Below, piece by piece: positions 62,954 to 64,000 of a DNA stretch of 64,000 bases. The stretch is from Podarcis bocagei. Taxonomy: Eukaryota. The translations under genes were made by a program, and so were the position numbers. Location of the stretch: assembly GCA_964188305.1 (NCBI GenBank), contig OZ076890.1; one strand, written 5' to 3'. The notes under the pieces are model-generated. The model was not told where the DNA came from and made no database searches. It saw nothing but the letters and a program-made list of their open reading frames with translations. How positions within the stretch are numbered: the first letter of the stretch is position 1; every line of letters starts with the position of its first letter.

Positions 62954-63650
62954 TGTGTTGTGGGTGGGTACTATTAGTCAGCCACAACACCCGATTGGTA
63001 GGTCCCTCATAGCTGGGTGCAATCTGGCCAATGGGAGGCTGTCCAAACGGTTTGAGGGATCTATTTATACTTATGCATGTGACCCAGAGCTTCCTCTTTC
63101 AGCACGTGCATTCGGAACACCTGCCCACCTCTCCCTATATTTAGGGCTTTGCGCTTGGCCTTGCTATGCTGTCGTGTGTCGTCTGTCATTGGGACAGGGG
63201 CACAGCAGGAATTTCCCTACTTGGCTGATTGGCTGTTGCCATTTGGGTTTCGCCTGCCGCGTAGCAAATCGTTACAACTTGTAAGGTTGCGGATAGGCTC
63301 TGGTTCAGGTGATAGGGATGGGAGAATGCTCTAGCCATCCCTATGTGAAGGGTATTCCGTTAAAGGAATTCAGGGACTAGATGGTTTAATCAACCCCTGA
63401 GAGGGGGTTGTGCCCATGCCTGAGTCCAGGGGGACATTTGGGTGGTGGAGTTAGCCCATTCCCAGCTTCCCACTTATCCAGGTGTTCACCCTTGGCTGAC
63501 CTATGTGGAACCCTGGGTCAGCACTAGCTGCATGGCAGGGAACTAGTCGAACCAGAGCCTATGCAACCAGTTGTGGCCTAAATTCTGCCAAAAACCAAAA
63601 CCAAAATTTGAGTCAAGTGTGAATTTATTTCGGGGGGCAGTTTCTGGGTC
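62954..63650 (+). mobile_element. Putative terminal repeat of a tyrosine-recombinase (Ngaro/DIRS-type) or LTR retrotransposon
   Basis: CCAAT boxes (62994, 63028), TATA-like tatttata (63062); motifs tttcgcctgccgcgtagca, ggtattccgttaaaggaat, ccagagcctatgc and gttgtggcc that I recall from lizard Ngaro-like repeats; CpG-rich; no ORF. Confidence 0.55.
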
Positions 63651-64000
63651 TGAGCATGCAAATGAGGTCAAGTTGAAATGGAGAAAATGGAATCCAAATG
63701 TGTGCCAGCTCAAACATCGGCAAGCCTTAAAAGGGGGAAACCACTGGGAAACACAGTGCCTGCCACATGGGAGACATCCGGCTCACATAAAAGGTGAAAT
63801 GAAGTTATACCAATGGCCTGTTACCACTACATGAGAAAGGGGAAGTTTTCACCTTAAAATTGATCCTCGGGTATGGAGATACAAGGACAGCAAGACACAG
63901 ACACTGCATTAACTCTCAGTGTGTAAATTGCTACTGTTCCCATCTTAACAAACAACAGCATGCAAGTAGTGACCTGGAAAGGCTCAGGCTCCTGCTACTG

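Noticed and set aside
1-64000. ORF-track entries as host protein-coding genes
   Set aside because: All are 154 aa or shorter and scattered over both strands. The recognisable ones are L1, L2, CR1 or Bov-B remnants, or lie within SINEs and MITEs. No exon chain or known host protein was recognised.

Overview
Eukaryotic, non-coding, repeat-rich vertebrate DNA. The repeat content points to a squamate, most likely a lacertid lizard (Podarcis/Lacerta/Zootoca type): Sauria SINEs, Squam3-like tRNA SINEs, Bov-B, L1/L2/CR1 3' fragments, and many Tigger-like and hAT MITEs. I find no convincing host protein-coding exon, tRNA, rRNA or CRISPR array. The ORFs in the track are retrotransposon ORF2 remnants, microsatellite read-throughs or chance ORFs. 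The window looks like a large intron or gene desert, with several repeat-free blocks that may be conserved enhancers. Most notable: (1) a Penelope-like element with perfect 125-bp inverted arms, each carrying a minimal hammerhead-ribozyme motif (43451-44158); (2) a ~700-bp putative Ngaro/DIRS-type terminal repeat containing a compact multi-helix structure closed by a perfect 14-bp stem (62954-63650); (3) a composite MITE carrying an L2 3' tail, present in three copies plus one empty copy, with 6-bp flanking repeats at the empty and one loaded copy; (4) several nested insertions that order the repeat families in time. All family names are from recognition of sequence, not from database searches.
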